Source of the DNA: a virus
Length of the DNA: 41,169 nt
IMG/VR virus record: IMGVR_UViG_3300031418_000040
Reading direction: 5' to 3' (one strand)
A model generated the notes under the pieces. It saw only the letters and a program-made list of their open reading frames with translations, had not been told where the DNA came from and made no database searches. The translations under genes and the position numbers were made by a program. Within the stretch, counting starts at the first letter, position 1; each line of letters starts with the position of its first letter. This document shows positions 33,927 through 41,169 of the stretch, one piece after another.

Positions 33927-34460
33927 CTAAAAGTGACTTGAGCGCCGATGGCCAGGGGCTGCAATCCCCTGGTCATCAACCTTTCTGTTTACAATCAATT
34001 CCGCTGCCTCAACCTGAACGCCATGAAGTGCGGCCCATGCCAAAAAACCCTTCATCGTGTACCGAACAGCGCCAAGAACATTTCTCGCCACTTCCTTCAG
34101 TTCACTTTTATCAATAATGCCGTCCTCTTCAGCCGCTAGCTTTGACTGCGCAACCTTTCCGCGTGAAGCTTCAGCCATCATCTGAATGCTGAAAAGCTCA
34201 ACGTTATCCATCTGCTCCGGTGCCGGGTTATCGACCACCAGCATGCCGAACTGCCGTGCGAAGTAATCAGCCAGGAACGGGTGCCCCACTACGTGCTGCA
34301 TGTAAGCCAGCTGGTCCATGTCGAAAAAGCGCGTACCATTTTTCATGTGCAGGCGGTTGTTAAACTCGCTGTATTTCAGGCCCATCAGTTCAGCGATCTG
34401 GGTGTTAGTGCCTTCGTATTCCCTGCATGCCTGAATCACGATCTGCTGTAATTCCACCAT
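33927..34460 (-). CDS. CII-family (CP76-type) phage regulatory protein
   Basis: 177 aa. The N-terminal HTH (TNTQIAELMGLKYSEFNNRL) and the position right after cro support the call. Confidence 0.65.
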   Translation of the reverse strand: MVELQQIVIQACREYEGTNTQIAELMGLKYSEFNNRLHMKNGTRFFDMDQLAYMQHVVGHPFLADYFARQFGMLVVDNPAPEQMDNVELFSIQMMAEASRGKVAQSKLAAEEDGIIDKSELKEVARNVLGAVRYTMKGFLAWAALHGVQVEAAELIVNRKVDDQGIAAPGHRRSSHF

Positions 34461-34479
34461 TGCCCTATTCCTTTAGTAG

Positions 34480-34722
34480 TTAACGAGCTGGTGCTGAGCG
34501 ATTAAGATCAGCCATTCCATCAGTTGGGTTCGGATACAAATCTGGGCGAAGTTCATGAGGTGTAACTCCCGTAACCTCAAAAACTCTGATTACTCGCTCT
34601 GCTGGAACCATTCCTGAAGAGCGGTGTTGCCAATAACTAATGCTCATAGGTGATACTCCGAGCTTGCAAGCTAAAGCCCTGGCTGAGCCTGCAGCTTTGA
34701 TAGCCTTTCCTAATGGGGTCAT
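34480..34722 (-). CDS. cro: Cro-like HTH regulator (YdaS-type)
   Basis: I prefer the start MTPLGKAIKAAGSARALACKLGVSPMSISYW. Divergent from the repressor across the operator region. Confidence 0.8.
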   Translation of the reverse strand: MTPLGKAIKAAGSARALACKLGVSPMSISYWQHRSSGMVPAERVIRVFEVTGVTPHELRPDLYPNPTDGMADLNRSAPAR

Positions 34723-34752
34723 TGAAAATCTCCGGTATGTGCGATGAGTGAG

Positions 34753-34781
34753 ATTAAACAATGAGTTTATATAAAGGTCAA
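34753..34781 (-). promoter_or_regulatory. pR-like promoter (TTGACC-N17-TTTAAT) for the cro operon
   Basis: The minus strand reads TTGACCtttatataaactcattgTTTAAT. It overlaps the operator at 34755..34769. Confidence 0.65.
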
Positions 34782-34817
34782 TCTTTTGTTTATTCCTGCG
34801 TGTAAACAAAAGGTTTA
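34755..34817. promoter_or_regulatory. OR-like operator cluster with 15-bp palindromes TAAAC-N5-GTTTA
   Basis: TAAACAATGAGTTTA (34755..34769) and TAAACAAAAGGTTTA (34803..34817) are perfect. A degenerate site TCAATCTTTTGTTTA lies at 34778..34792. Centres are about 24 bp apart. Confidence 0.7.
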
Positions 34818-34827
34818 TCATTTAGGG

Positions 34828-35493
34828 ATGAAAACTAACGTGGAAACAGAAATGACTAAGCTCACTCGCCCTGAGGAGCTTCTCAAGGCAGCCAATGTCA
34901 CTAAAGCTGGATTGGCACGCATGGCTGAAGTCAGCCCACAGGCAGTTAATAACTGGTTTAAGCGTGGAGAGATCGGCAAGGAATCAGCCATAAAAATTGC
35001 TGCTGCAACGGGTTTAAGCTTGTCATGGGTGCTAGGTGAGGATAAAGAATCCGACAACATTGAACTCGTTGGCGGCGTCAAGGATGGGGTCATACCTGTA
35101 ATTGGCGACGCAGTACTGGGTATGGACGGCTTAATTGATATGATGGAGTTTCACGCCGGTTGGCTACAAATCTACAGCAATGACAGCCGGGCCTATGGCG
35201 TTCGAGTCCGTGGGGATAGCATGTGGCCACGGATTCAGTCAGGAGAATTTGTATTAATCGAGCCAAATACAAAAGTCCACCCCGGAGATGAAGTATTCAT
35301 TCGAACTGCTGATGGGCATAACATGATAAAAATACTGAACTTTACACGTGAAGGAGACTATCAGTTCACGAGCATCAATAACGATCACAAGCCAATAACC
35401 ATGGCACCAGCTAACGTAGTAAAAATTCATTTTGTATCTGGAATCATCAAAGCCACACGCTTCATATCAGCTGAAGACGTATCTAAAGAGTAA
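34828..35493 (+). CDS. cI: CI-type repressor (N-terminal HTH plus C-terminal S24 LexA-like peptidase domain)
   Basis: HTH TKAGLARMAEVSPQAVNNW. The S24 motifs are VRGDSMWPRI (Ser) and MIKIL (Lys). First ATG at 34828. Confidence 0.9.
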   Translation: MKTNVETEMTKLTRPEELLKAANVTKAGLARMAEVSPQAVNNWFKRGEIGKESAIKIAAATGLSLSWVLGEDKESDNIELVGGVKDGVIPVIGDAVLGMDGLIDMMEFHAGWLQIYSNDSRAYGVRVRGDSMWPRIQSGEFVLIEPNTKVHPGDEVFIRTADGHNMIKILNFTREGDYQFTSINNDHKPITMAPANVVKIHFVSGIIKATRFISAEDVSKE

Positions 35494-35562
35494 ACCCTCA
35501 AAAATCTTTACCCGGCTAACCTCCGGGTAAACGCCCGTAGTTTATACTCCTCACACAAAACA

Positions 35563-35603
35563 TAAACATTTAGTTGACACAAACTATAAAGCTATTGTTT
35601 AAT
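35563..35603 (+). promoter_or_regulatory. pL-like promoter (TTGACA-N18-TTTAAT) with two near-consensus operators
   Basis: TAAACATTTAGTTGA (35563..35577) overlaps the -35 and TAAAGCTATTGTTTA (35587..35601) overlaps the -10. The half-sites and the 24-bp spacing match those at OR. Confidence 0.6.
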
Positions 35604-35654
35604 CACTATCAACGAATGGTTCACCACTACATGTGGTCTTCAAGAGGCTCCTAA

Positions 35655-35864
35655 ATGTCAGCCGATGGAAAGGTGAAAATCTTCAAAAGCGGGATGTCAT
35701 GGAAGCCGCTTTATGACCACTGTCCTCACTGTGGTTTTGACTTGAGTACGATCCCACCTGAAACGCTGGAGAAAATTCTAGCCAAGGTGGAGGAAGAGCG
35801 TAAGCGTTCAAAGGAGACGTCACTATGGTCAAAAATCAGACGAGTGTTGAGTCGGGAGGTTTGA
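35655..35864 (+). CDS. Hypothetical early-left protein (69 aa)
   Basis: First ORF after the pL-like promoter, with GAGGCTCC upstream. It has one CxxC pair only. Confidence 0.55.
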   Translation: MSADGKVKIFKSGMSWKPLYDHCPHCGFDLSTIPPETLEKILAKVEEERKRSKETSLWSKIRRVLSREV

Positions 35865-36091
35865 TGGGTAAGTGTGTTGGATTAACTGTCAACGGTGATT
35901 TAGTTCAGATTTTAAATACTGATGGCGCAGTTGCAGCAGACTACCTCAGCTTCATTGATGGCGTCGTCTCTACTCTCCAAAAAAGCAAAGAAGAACTGGA
36001 AACAGAAGCGAATCAAAGCGGCCGCACACTCTACGGCCATCCTTATAGCGGAGTTGGTTCAGTAAGCATCCCAGAGATCTCTGATAAATAG
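35864..36091 (+). CDS. Hypothetical early-left protein (75 aa)
   Basis: I prefer the ATG at 35864 (GGAGG 4 nt upstream, TGATG overlap with the previous stop). Confidence 0.55.
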   Translation: MGKCVGLTVNGDLVQILNTDGAVAADYLSFIDGVVSTLQKSKEELETEANQSGRTLYGHPYSGVGSVSIPEISDK

Positions 36092-36295
36092 GTCCACTTT
36101 TATCCAAGAAGCCCGGCCTACTGTTTTAATTATGTGCTGTGCTGTTTGATCGCTGATTTCTATGTCCCAAGTATCGTAATTTTCTTCGGGGTATTCTTCA
36201 GCGAAAGTATGAATAATCAGGTGATGGCACTCTCTTTCAGAAAGCCCACAACCTGTATTGATAAGGCATTGAGTTAAAACGTCCGATCTTTTCAT
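36059..36295 (-). CDS. Antisense-oriented AT-rich moron (78 aa, acidic, Cys/His-containing)
   Basis: I prefer the start MKRSDVLTQCLINTGCGLSERECHHLIIH... It is convergent with and overlaps the 3' end of the plus-strand gene. The upstream extension of the tracked ORF looks non-coding. Confidence 0.45.
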   Translation of the reverse strand: MKRSDVLTQCLINTGCGLSERECHHLIIHTFAEEYPEENYDTWDIEISDQTAQHIIKTVGRASWIKVDLFIRDLWDAY

Positions 36296-36394
36296 GAAAT
36301 TCCATCTTGTTGTGTGAGAACTACAAGATACCACTGCCGCCTGAAGTGGAAAAGTTTCTACAGGCAATGTCTTACGAGTGCTGTGTGTAGTCTT

Positions 36395-36454
36395 GACGGT
36401 TGGCAGGGTTTGCCTCACCAGGGGAGTTTTGTAGCCCTGTTAACCGTCCTTTTT
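36395..36454 (+). terminator. Plus-strand-specific long hairpin followed by CTTTTTC (terminator-like)
   Basis: GACGGTTGGCAGGG (36395..36408) pairs with CCCTGTTAACCGTC (36435..36448). All 14 positions pair, counting two G:U pairs possible only in the plus-strand RNA. An inner CCTC/GGAG stem is present and a T-run follows. Confidence 0.4.
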
Positions 36455-36668
36455 CACAACAGGTAAGGGTATTTGCAAGGTGGGTCTTTGTTGAACGCTT
36501 TGAGACGCTGAGTGAATGCCGTTTCCTGTGGTGAATTGATGGGTTGCGTCAGCGCATCCCTTAATCGGTGACCTAATAATTAGGGCAATCCGCTAGTATG
36601 CTGCAGCAGGCACAGCGCGAGAAATACGGGTGTAACAGTTGGGCTGATGGCAGTCGGGAAAGACCGGC

Positions 36669-36773
36669 ACACATCGAAAAGAGCGCTGGCATGCAAAACC
36701 TATTTCGCAGCCGTTGTATTACCAAAAGCCAGGATGGGGCGGCAGAAACGCGGTAGTGCTCTTTTCGATGTGT
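36669..36773. repeat. Long-range perfect inverted repeat (16 bp, extendable to about 20 bp with G:U) enclosing about 70 nt
   Basis: ACACATCGAAAAGAGC (36669..36684) and GCTCTTTTCGATGTGT (36758..36773). The extension pairs 36685..36688 with 36754..36757 in the plus-strand sense. Confidence 0.85.
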
Positions 36774-36896
36774 TACTCAGCGGAGACGGCTGTGGATTAA
36801 TGCAGTGATCCACCAGCCATTTAATTAAATTATCAGGTTCCCGTTTTATTACCGATCGCGGTAAGGGATTCGTGCAACCTGAAATCAGGATAAGCC

Positions 36897-37463
36897 ATGA
36901 AGCATTTAATGATCGACCTTGAAACCATGGGCAATAAACCGAACGCTCCTATCGTTGCGATCGGCGCAGTCTTCTTCGAACCATCAACCGGAGAGCTGGG
37001 CGCGCAGTATTCGAAATCAGTGCTGCTGGCCAGCGAAATGAACCTCGGCGCAACGCCGGACCCGGATACCATTATTTGGTGGCTGCAGCAGTCCAGCGAA
37101 GCACGTTCTGAGGTGGTGACGGCGGTTACAAGCATCTTTGTTGCTCTTCACGAGCTCAGTATCTTCGTTACCGAGAACAAGTCGGAAGGAAGCGTGCAGG
37201 TTTGGGGCAACGGTCCTTCACTGGATAATGTTGTACTTCGAGCTGCTTATGAGCGCATTGGATTCCCAGCGTTCTGGCCGTTCTACAAAGACCGCTGCGT
37301 AAGAACGATGGTAGAGCTGGGTCGACAGATGGGTATCAATCCAAAAATGGATATGCCCTTCACCGGTGATCGTCATAACGCCCTGGCTGATGCCATTCAT
37401 CAGGCGCAGTACGTTTCAGTGATCTGGCAGAAACTCATCCCTGCAACTGTGGAGACTGAATAA
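36897..37463 (+). CDS. DEDD-type 3'-5' exonuclease
   Basis: MIDLETMG (Exo I), GNGPSLDNVVL (Exo II) and HNALADA (Exo III, DEDDh). Confidence 0.8.
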   Translation: MKHLMIDLETMGNKPNAPIVAIGAVFFEPSTGELGAQYSKSVLLASEMNLGATPDPDTIIWWLQQSSEARSEVVTAVTSIFVALHELSIFVTENKSEGSVQVWGNGPSLDNVVLRAAYERIGFPAFWPFYKDRCVRTMVELGRQMGINPKMDMPFTGDRHNALADAIHQAQYVSVIWQKLIPATVETE

Positions 37464-37990
37464 TGTCGTGGATTACCACCCTATCCGGCCGGCACTTCAA
37501 TTTTAATGAGATGCACCCTGAAAGTATCTCCATCGTAGACATCGCCGCCGCGTTATCGAATATCTGCCGGTTCACTGGCCATGTGAGCGAGTTCTACAGC
37601 GTCGCCCAGCATTCGGTTCACGTCAGCTACCTGGTGCCGCATGAGAACGCACTGGAAGCCCTTCTGCACGATGCCGCTGAAGCTTATTGCAGCGACATCA
37701 ATTCACCGCTCAAAGCCCTGCTACCTGACTATCAGGCCATTGAGGGACGTGTTGACGCAGTGATCCGTAATAAGTTCGGACTTCCACCAGCAATGTCACC
37801 TGCAGTAAAGCATGCAGACCTGGTGATGCTGGGTACTGAGCGCCGTGATTTGGGTCTGGATGATGGTGCAGTGTGGCCATGCTTAGAGGGTGTTGCTCTG
37901 GCTGACTTCATTGTTGCACCACTGGAACCGCGTGCGGCACGTGTTCTTTTCCTAAATCGCTGGAATCACCTGAGGGTAAATCATGATTAA
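37463..37990 (+). CDS. HD-domain phosphohydrolase (YfbR-like 5'-nucleotidase type)
   Basis: SVAQHSVHV and LLHDAAEAY HD motifs. ATGA-type overlap with the exonuclease gene. Confidence 0.75.
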   Translation: MSWITTLSGRHFNFNEMHPESISIVDIAAALSNICRFTGHVSEFYSVAQHSVHVSYLVPHENALEALLHDAAEAYCSDINSPLKALLPDYQAIEGRVDAVIRNKFGLPPAMSPAVKHADLVMLGTERRDLGLDDGAVWPCLEGVALADFIVAPLEPRAARVLFLNRWNHLRVNHD

Positions 37991-38288
37991 GCCAATGGAA
38001 GTAAAACGCGATCAGTATGGCTACTGGTCACACCCAGATTATCTGGCGTTCTGTGATGGCCGAGAGTTTATCCCTTCTGCTGAATTCAACCAGTGGATGG
38101 AGTCGCAGGGCTTGCAGTGGTCCGTTTCTTATCGTGACGAGGAAGAAGTCGAGCCTGGTATCGATGGTTCTGACCTCTCCTCATGGGAGCCAAAATCACC
38201 TGCTGGTGAAGGGTGGTTCGTAGGCTCAATCCATGACACTGAAGATGGTGCGGTGTGCATCTGGCTACGTACAGGTGAGCAGCCATGA
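37983..38288 (+). CDS. Hypothetical protein (101 aa)
   Basis: In the operon, with overlapping starts and stops. Confidence 0.55.
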   Translation: MIKPMEVKRDQYGYWSHPDYLAFCDGREFIPSAEFNQWMESQGLQWSVSYRDEEEVEPGIDGSDLSSWEPKSPAGEGWFVGSIHDTEDGAVCIWLRTGEQP

Positions 38289-38866
38289 GCGATATCGACC
38301 TGGTAAAAAAAGTGCGGGTTTACGCGGAAGAAGCAGAGAAAAACGGATTCGAGGTACTGACAGTTCCATTGCGCGACCTGTTCCCACTACTCGGGAGGAT
38401 GGAAGCGGCAGAGCGTGAGCGCGACGAGCTGCGGGCAGAACAGGCTGAGCATGATGAGCAGATAGCGAGAATGGAAAGTAAGTTCAGTCTGGCAAAGCGT
38501 GCTCTTGATTCCAAAACTGCGCGCTGCGAAAAGGCAGAGGCTGAGCTAAGGCGACGCGATGCTGCGGCGGGTGAGCCTGTTGCAGTAGTGGACATTCAGC
38601 GCGGGCGCGGGGACGGAAAGAAATATGCGCTGTGTTACACCAGTGCTGGCCATTCTCTGCCTGACGATATTTACAACCTCTACACAACCCCGCCAGCGGC
38701 CAGAGCGCCGGAGTGGTCAAACGCACAATGCATGGAGTTTCTTACCGTTGCCTTCCGCCAATGTGACATTAGCGGCGATATAGAAATGGATGATATTCGG
38801 CTTGGCGTCAAAATGGCGAATGCAGCAGCGCCAGCGCCGGGAGGTGATGATGTCAAACAAGGCTGA
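38285..38866 (+). CDS. Ea22-like coiled-coil protein
   Basis: Central charged coiled coil (ERERDELRAEQAEHDEQIARMESK..). The position in the early-left region resembles lambdoid ead/Ea22 genes. Confidence 0.5.
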   Translation: MSDIDLVKKVRVYAEEAEKNGFEVLTVPLRDLFPLLGRMEAAERERDELRAEQAEHDEQIARMESKFSLAKRALDSKTARCEKAEAELRRRDAAAGEPVAVVDIQRGRGDGKKYALCYTSAGHSLPDDIYNLYTTPPAARAPEWSNAQCMEFLTVAFRQCDISGDIEMDDIRLGVKMANAAAPAPGGDDVKQG

Positions 38867-39077
38867 AATCTTCGCGAAAATTCAGGCTCTGGCAACAGAC
38901 TGCCACCAGCTGGCATGCACTCTTGATGTCGGCAGTGATCGTACAGAAATGTTCGATGTCTATGGCGTTCTGCATAACCTCACCCGCCCCGGTTATGCCA
39001 GCGAGGTATGCACAGTTATGAATCCTCTGCTTTCATTCGCTCAGGAGGATGAAGACTGGGAAGAGGATGACGACTGA
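38850..39077 (+). CDS. Hypothetical acidic protein (75 aa)
   Basis: ATG at 38850 with GGAGG 5 nt upstream; the alternative is ATG at 38847. The C-terminus is EDEDWEEDDD. Confidence 0.5.
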   Translation: MSNKAEIFAKIQALATDCHQLACTLDVGSDRTEMFDVYGVLHNLTRPGYASEVCTVMNPLLSFAQEDEDWEEDDD

Positions 39078-39376
39078 TGGCAACAAAAGCTGAATTACAG
39101 GCGCAGGTTCGGCAGCAAGAAGAAGAAATCCAGTCACTGAAAAAAATGCTGGCGCGCGCGGAACGGGAACTGAACGATAAGTTGCTGCCGGAGGAGCTGC
39201 CGCCATCAGCCGTACCATACCTGATTTCCTGTTGGATGAAGCATTACAGCATGCCCTGGGAGGTCTTCTGGTGTAGCGACCACCTTCAGTGGGTCGATGA
39301 ACTGGATAGCAGCTTCCCTTATTCGATGTCCGATAACTCCTGTCCTATTTGCAGCAAGGAGAAGCGCTATGGCTAA
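39077..39376 (+). CDS. Hypothetical protein (99 aa)
   Basis: TGATG overlap with the previous gene. N-terminal coiled coil and a C-terminal CPIC pair. Confidence 0.5.
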   Translation: MATKAELQAQVRQQEEEIQSLKKMLARAERELNDKLLPEELPPSAVPYLISCWMKHYSMPWEVFWCSDHLQWVDELDSSFPYSMSDNSCPICSKEKRYG

Positions 39377-39707
39377 GTCAGCAGCAGAACGCAAAGCAGC
39401 GCAGCGCGCGCGGCAGGCTGCCAGCGGTGAGCAGAAGCTTGAGCTAGTTTTAGATGCGCAGGAGCTGGCGATGCTGGAACGTAACCGTGTCGCCCGCCGT
39501 CCCGGCAGAGACCCTTACGAACTGGCCGAGTATATCGCCCTTCTCATTCGTCAGGATGATGCCAGGGCAAAAGCACGGTTTAAATCTCTCAGTAAGAAAC
39601 GCTGTGGCCGTTGCGGTGATCAGTTGCCGGTGCAGAGTTGCCCGCTACATGAGGAGTCAGCCTGCTGGGCACGAAATGGATGGTATGAAGTGAAATTAAC
39701 CCCGTGA
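39369..39707 (+). CDS. Hypothetical basic protein (112 aa)
   Basis: I prefer the start MAKSAAERKAAQRARQ. C-terminal CGRCG..C Cys cluster. Confidence 0.5.
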   Translation: MAKSAAERKAAQRARQAASGEQKLELVLDAQELAMLERNRVARRPGRDPYELAEYIALLIRQDDARAKARFKSLSKKRCGRCGDQLPVQSCPLHEESACWARNGWYEVKLTP

Positions 39708-39731
39708 CATGTCACACCACTTAACTACCCG

Positions 39732-39989
39732 ATGCAGCGGGTTGCGGAGACAAATATGGTACAGGCGATTCAAGACGGAATTATTTCAGATGCTGACATT
39801 CAGGAACTGACAGGCTATCGGATTCCCTCAAAACAATGTGAGTGTCTGAGGAGTGCTGGGGTGTTTTTCATCACCCGCCGTGATGGCAGACCGCGAACCA
39901 CATGGCAACATTTTAACGACCCTCTTTCTCGCCGTCACGCGGCTGGAGTGGAGGATTTCGAGCCCAATTTCGGAGCATTGGAGAACTAA
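39732..39989 (+). CDS. DUF4224-like protein, candidate excisionase/recombination directionality factor
   Basis: The motif ..DIQELTGYRIPSKQCECLRSAGVFFITRRDGRPRTTW.. is typical of DUF4224. Directly upstream of and overlapping int. Confidence 0.6.
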   Translation: MQRVAETNMVQAIQDGIISDADIQELTGYRIPSKQCECLRSAGVFFITRRDGRPRTTWQHFNDPLSRRHAAGVEDFEPNFGALEN

Positions 39990-40999
39990 TGGCAAGAGTC
40001 AGGGTAAACAAAGAAGATCAGTGGATGCCTCCCCGGACGTACCGGGGCAGGTCCGCCTATGAATTTAAGCCCAAGAACGGTGGGACCATACGCCTTTGCG
40101 ACATCACATCAACTCCTTCACAGGTATGGAGTGCTTATGAAGCGCTGATTAATGATCGTACCGACGAAAATACGTTCTCTGGTTTGGTTGAAAACTTTTT
40201 CAAATCGGCTGACTTTTTCGAGCTCGGCAAAGAGACGCAGAAGGATTACAGGAAGTACTCACTGAAGGTGATTTCTGTTTTCGGCAAAATGCCGCCGAAT
40301 TCCATCAAACCAGAGCATGTGCGTAAATACCTGGACAAGCGCGGAGTCAAAAGCAGAACGCAGGCGAACAGAGAAAAAGCGTTTATGTCCCGTGTCTTTC
40401 GCTGGGGTTTTGAACGCGGGAAGGTTAAAGGAAATCCCTGCAAAGGGGTAAAGCAGTTCAAGGAGGTTGCACGAGACCGGTACATCACAAATGCTGAGTA
40501 CGCCGCGCTATATACCGTGTCGCCACCTGTGGTACAGGTTGCTATGGAGCTGGCTTATCTATGCTGTGCACGCCAGGCTGATGTGCTGGAAATGAAGAAA
40601 AGCCAGCTCGTTGAAGAAGGGATCATGATTAAGCAAAGCAAAACGAGTGTTGCTCAAATCAAAGCGTGGAGCCCACGTCTTGAATCTGTGGTTAAAGCAT
40701 GCAATGCCCTGCCCTTAAAGAGCGGCATGAGTAGCATTTTCGTTGTCCACCAGCCATCCGGTTCGAAGTACACGCGTGACGGGTTTAACAGTCGCTGGAT
40801 GAAAGCAAAGGAAGCCGCAAGGGAAGCTTATCCAAACCTTGATTTTAACTTCACCTTTCATGACCTGAAGGCGAAAGGCATCTCAGACCTGTCCGGAAAT
40901 ATTTATGACAAACAGGCGATTTCCGGGCATAAAAATGTTGAGCAAACTGCACGATACAACAGAAAAATCACTATTGTCCCGGTAGTCGGCGGTCAGTGA
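39989..40999 (+). CDS. int: Tyrosine integrase
   Basis: C-terminal catalytic region ...ARQADVL..., FTFHDLKAKGISD, GHKNVEQTARYNRK (R..H-x-x-R..Y pattern). Adjacent to attR. Confidence 0.9.
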   Translation: MARVRVNKEDQWMPPRTYRGRSAYEFKPKNGGTIRLCDITSTPSQVWSAYEALINDRTDENTFSGLVENFFKSADFFELGKETQKDYRKYSLKVISVFGKMPPNSIKPEHVRKYLDKRGVKSRTQANREKAFMSRVFRWGFERGKVKGNPCKGVKQFKEVARDRYITNAEYAALYTVSPPVVQVAMELAYLCCARQADVLEMKKSQLVEEGIMIKQSKTSVAQIKAWSPRLESVVKACNALPLKSGMSSIFVVHQPSGSKYTRDGFNSRWMKAKEAAREAYPNLDFNFTFHDLKAKGISDLSGNIYDKQAISGHKNVEQTARYNRKITIVPVVGGQ

Positions 41000-41009
41000 G
41001 AGAAAGGAA

Positions 41010-41033
41010 ATATTCTGAAGGTATATTCTGAAG
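41010..41033. promoter_or_regulatory. Candidate integrase arm-type sites (ATATTCTGAAG twice)
   Basis: Exact 11-mers at 41010..41020 and 41023..41033, between the int stop and the att repeat. They share the core ATATTC with the inverted left-arm repeats. Confidence 0.35.
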
Positions 41034-41049
41034 TGTGTTTTTGAGGCAT

Positions 41050-41073
41050 AAAAAAACCGCCTTTCAGGGGCGG
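41050..41073 (-). terminator. Rho-independent terminator downstream of the tRNA-Leu gene (minus strand)
   Basis: The minus strand reads CCGCCcctgaaaGGCGG followed by TTTTTTT. The hairpin part is duplicated at 1..16. Confidence 0.6.
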
Positions 41074-41169
41074 TTACGACATTGCTTACAGCTTGTTTTT
41101 ATTCGTTTTAATCGGTAGTTCGAAGATGGTGCCCGGGGTGGGACTTGAACCCACACAGCCATAAGCCGA
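41058..41169. repeat. attR-side copy of the direct repeat
   Basis: Identical to 1..112 and truncated by the window end. Confidence 0.9.
41127..41169 (-). tRNA. 3' part of tRNA-Leu(UAA); the gene continues beyond the window and is presumably the intact copy
   Basis: Same sequence as 70..112 (CCA end, acceptor, T-arm, start of variable arm). Whether it is intact cannot be seen. Confidence 0.6.

Noticed and set aside
35655-35864. The first pL gene as an N-like antiterminator
   Set aside because: It has no N-terminal arginine-rich motif, and no convincing boxA-boxB nut site follows the promoter.
36059-36418. Full 119-aa version of the antisense ORF
   Set aside because: The first 41 codons overlap the plus-strand hairpin region and look non-coding. 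I prefer the internal ATG at 36295.
36598-36756. 52-aa ORF (MLQQAQREKYGCNSW...) in the non-coding gap
   Set aside because: It has no SD, and its arm-to-arm inverted repeat lies inside it. The composition is not protein-like. It is kept only as a caveat to the ncRNA hypothesis.
36669-36773. Retron msr/msd interpretation of the inverted repeat
   Set aside because: There is no reverse transcriptase gene anywhere in the window, so a functional retron cannot be claimed.

Overview
The window is one complete temperate siphovirus-type prophage of about 41 kb. It has HK97-like head and packaging genes and lambda-like tail genes. It is bracketed by a perfect direct repeat of at least 112 bp (1..112 = 41058..41169) that carries the 3' half of a tRNA-Leu(UAA) gene plus its downstream terminator. 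The left tRNA copy is a truncated remnant. The right copy runs off the window next to a tyrosine integrase.

Gene order:
- Plus strand, right end: CI-type repressor, then an early-left operon (small ORFs, DEDD exonuclease, HD hydrolase, Ea22-like protein, DUF4224/Xis-like protein, Int).
- Minus strand, right to left: Cro, CII-like protein, iteron-containing replication gene, PerC-like protein, ParB-like protein, MT-A70 methylase, RusA, KilA-N, DUF968 protein, Q.
- Continuing leftward: holin, SAR endolysin, Rz/Rz1, HNH, TerS, TerL, portal, protease, capsid, connectors, major tail, G/GT (GGGAAAG -1 frameshift), tape measure, M, L, K, I, J and tail fibre.
- Far left: an SOS-boxed two-gene operon.

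Four AT-rich accessory islands interrupt this backbone. The best candidate for an undescribed system is at 25283..27363. It is a translationally coupled pair: an NdpA/YejK-like nucleoid-associated-family protein and a RelA/SpoT (toxSAS-like) pyrophosphokinase. The pair sits antisense between Q and the lysis cassette.

Other items worth follow-up:
- a LexA-boxed operon encoding a pre-truncated, catalytically degenerate UmuD'-like protein
- a KilA-N gene with its own LexA-like-boxed promoter
- an AT-rich island with a 273-aa Rx4H protein and a divergent small wHTH gene
- a 600-nt non-coding gap with a 16-20 bp long-range inverted repeat
- a membrane moron between GT and the tape measure
- a perfect 12 x 9-bp coding tandem repeat

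All calls come from reading the sequence and ORF translations. No database search was run.
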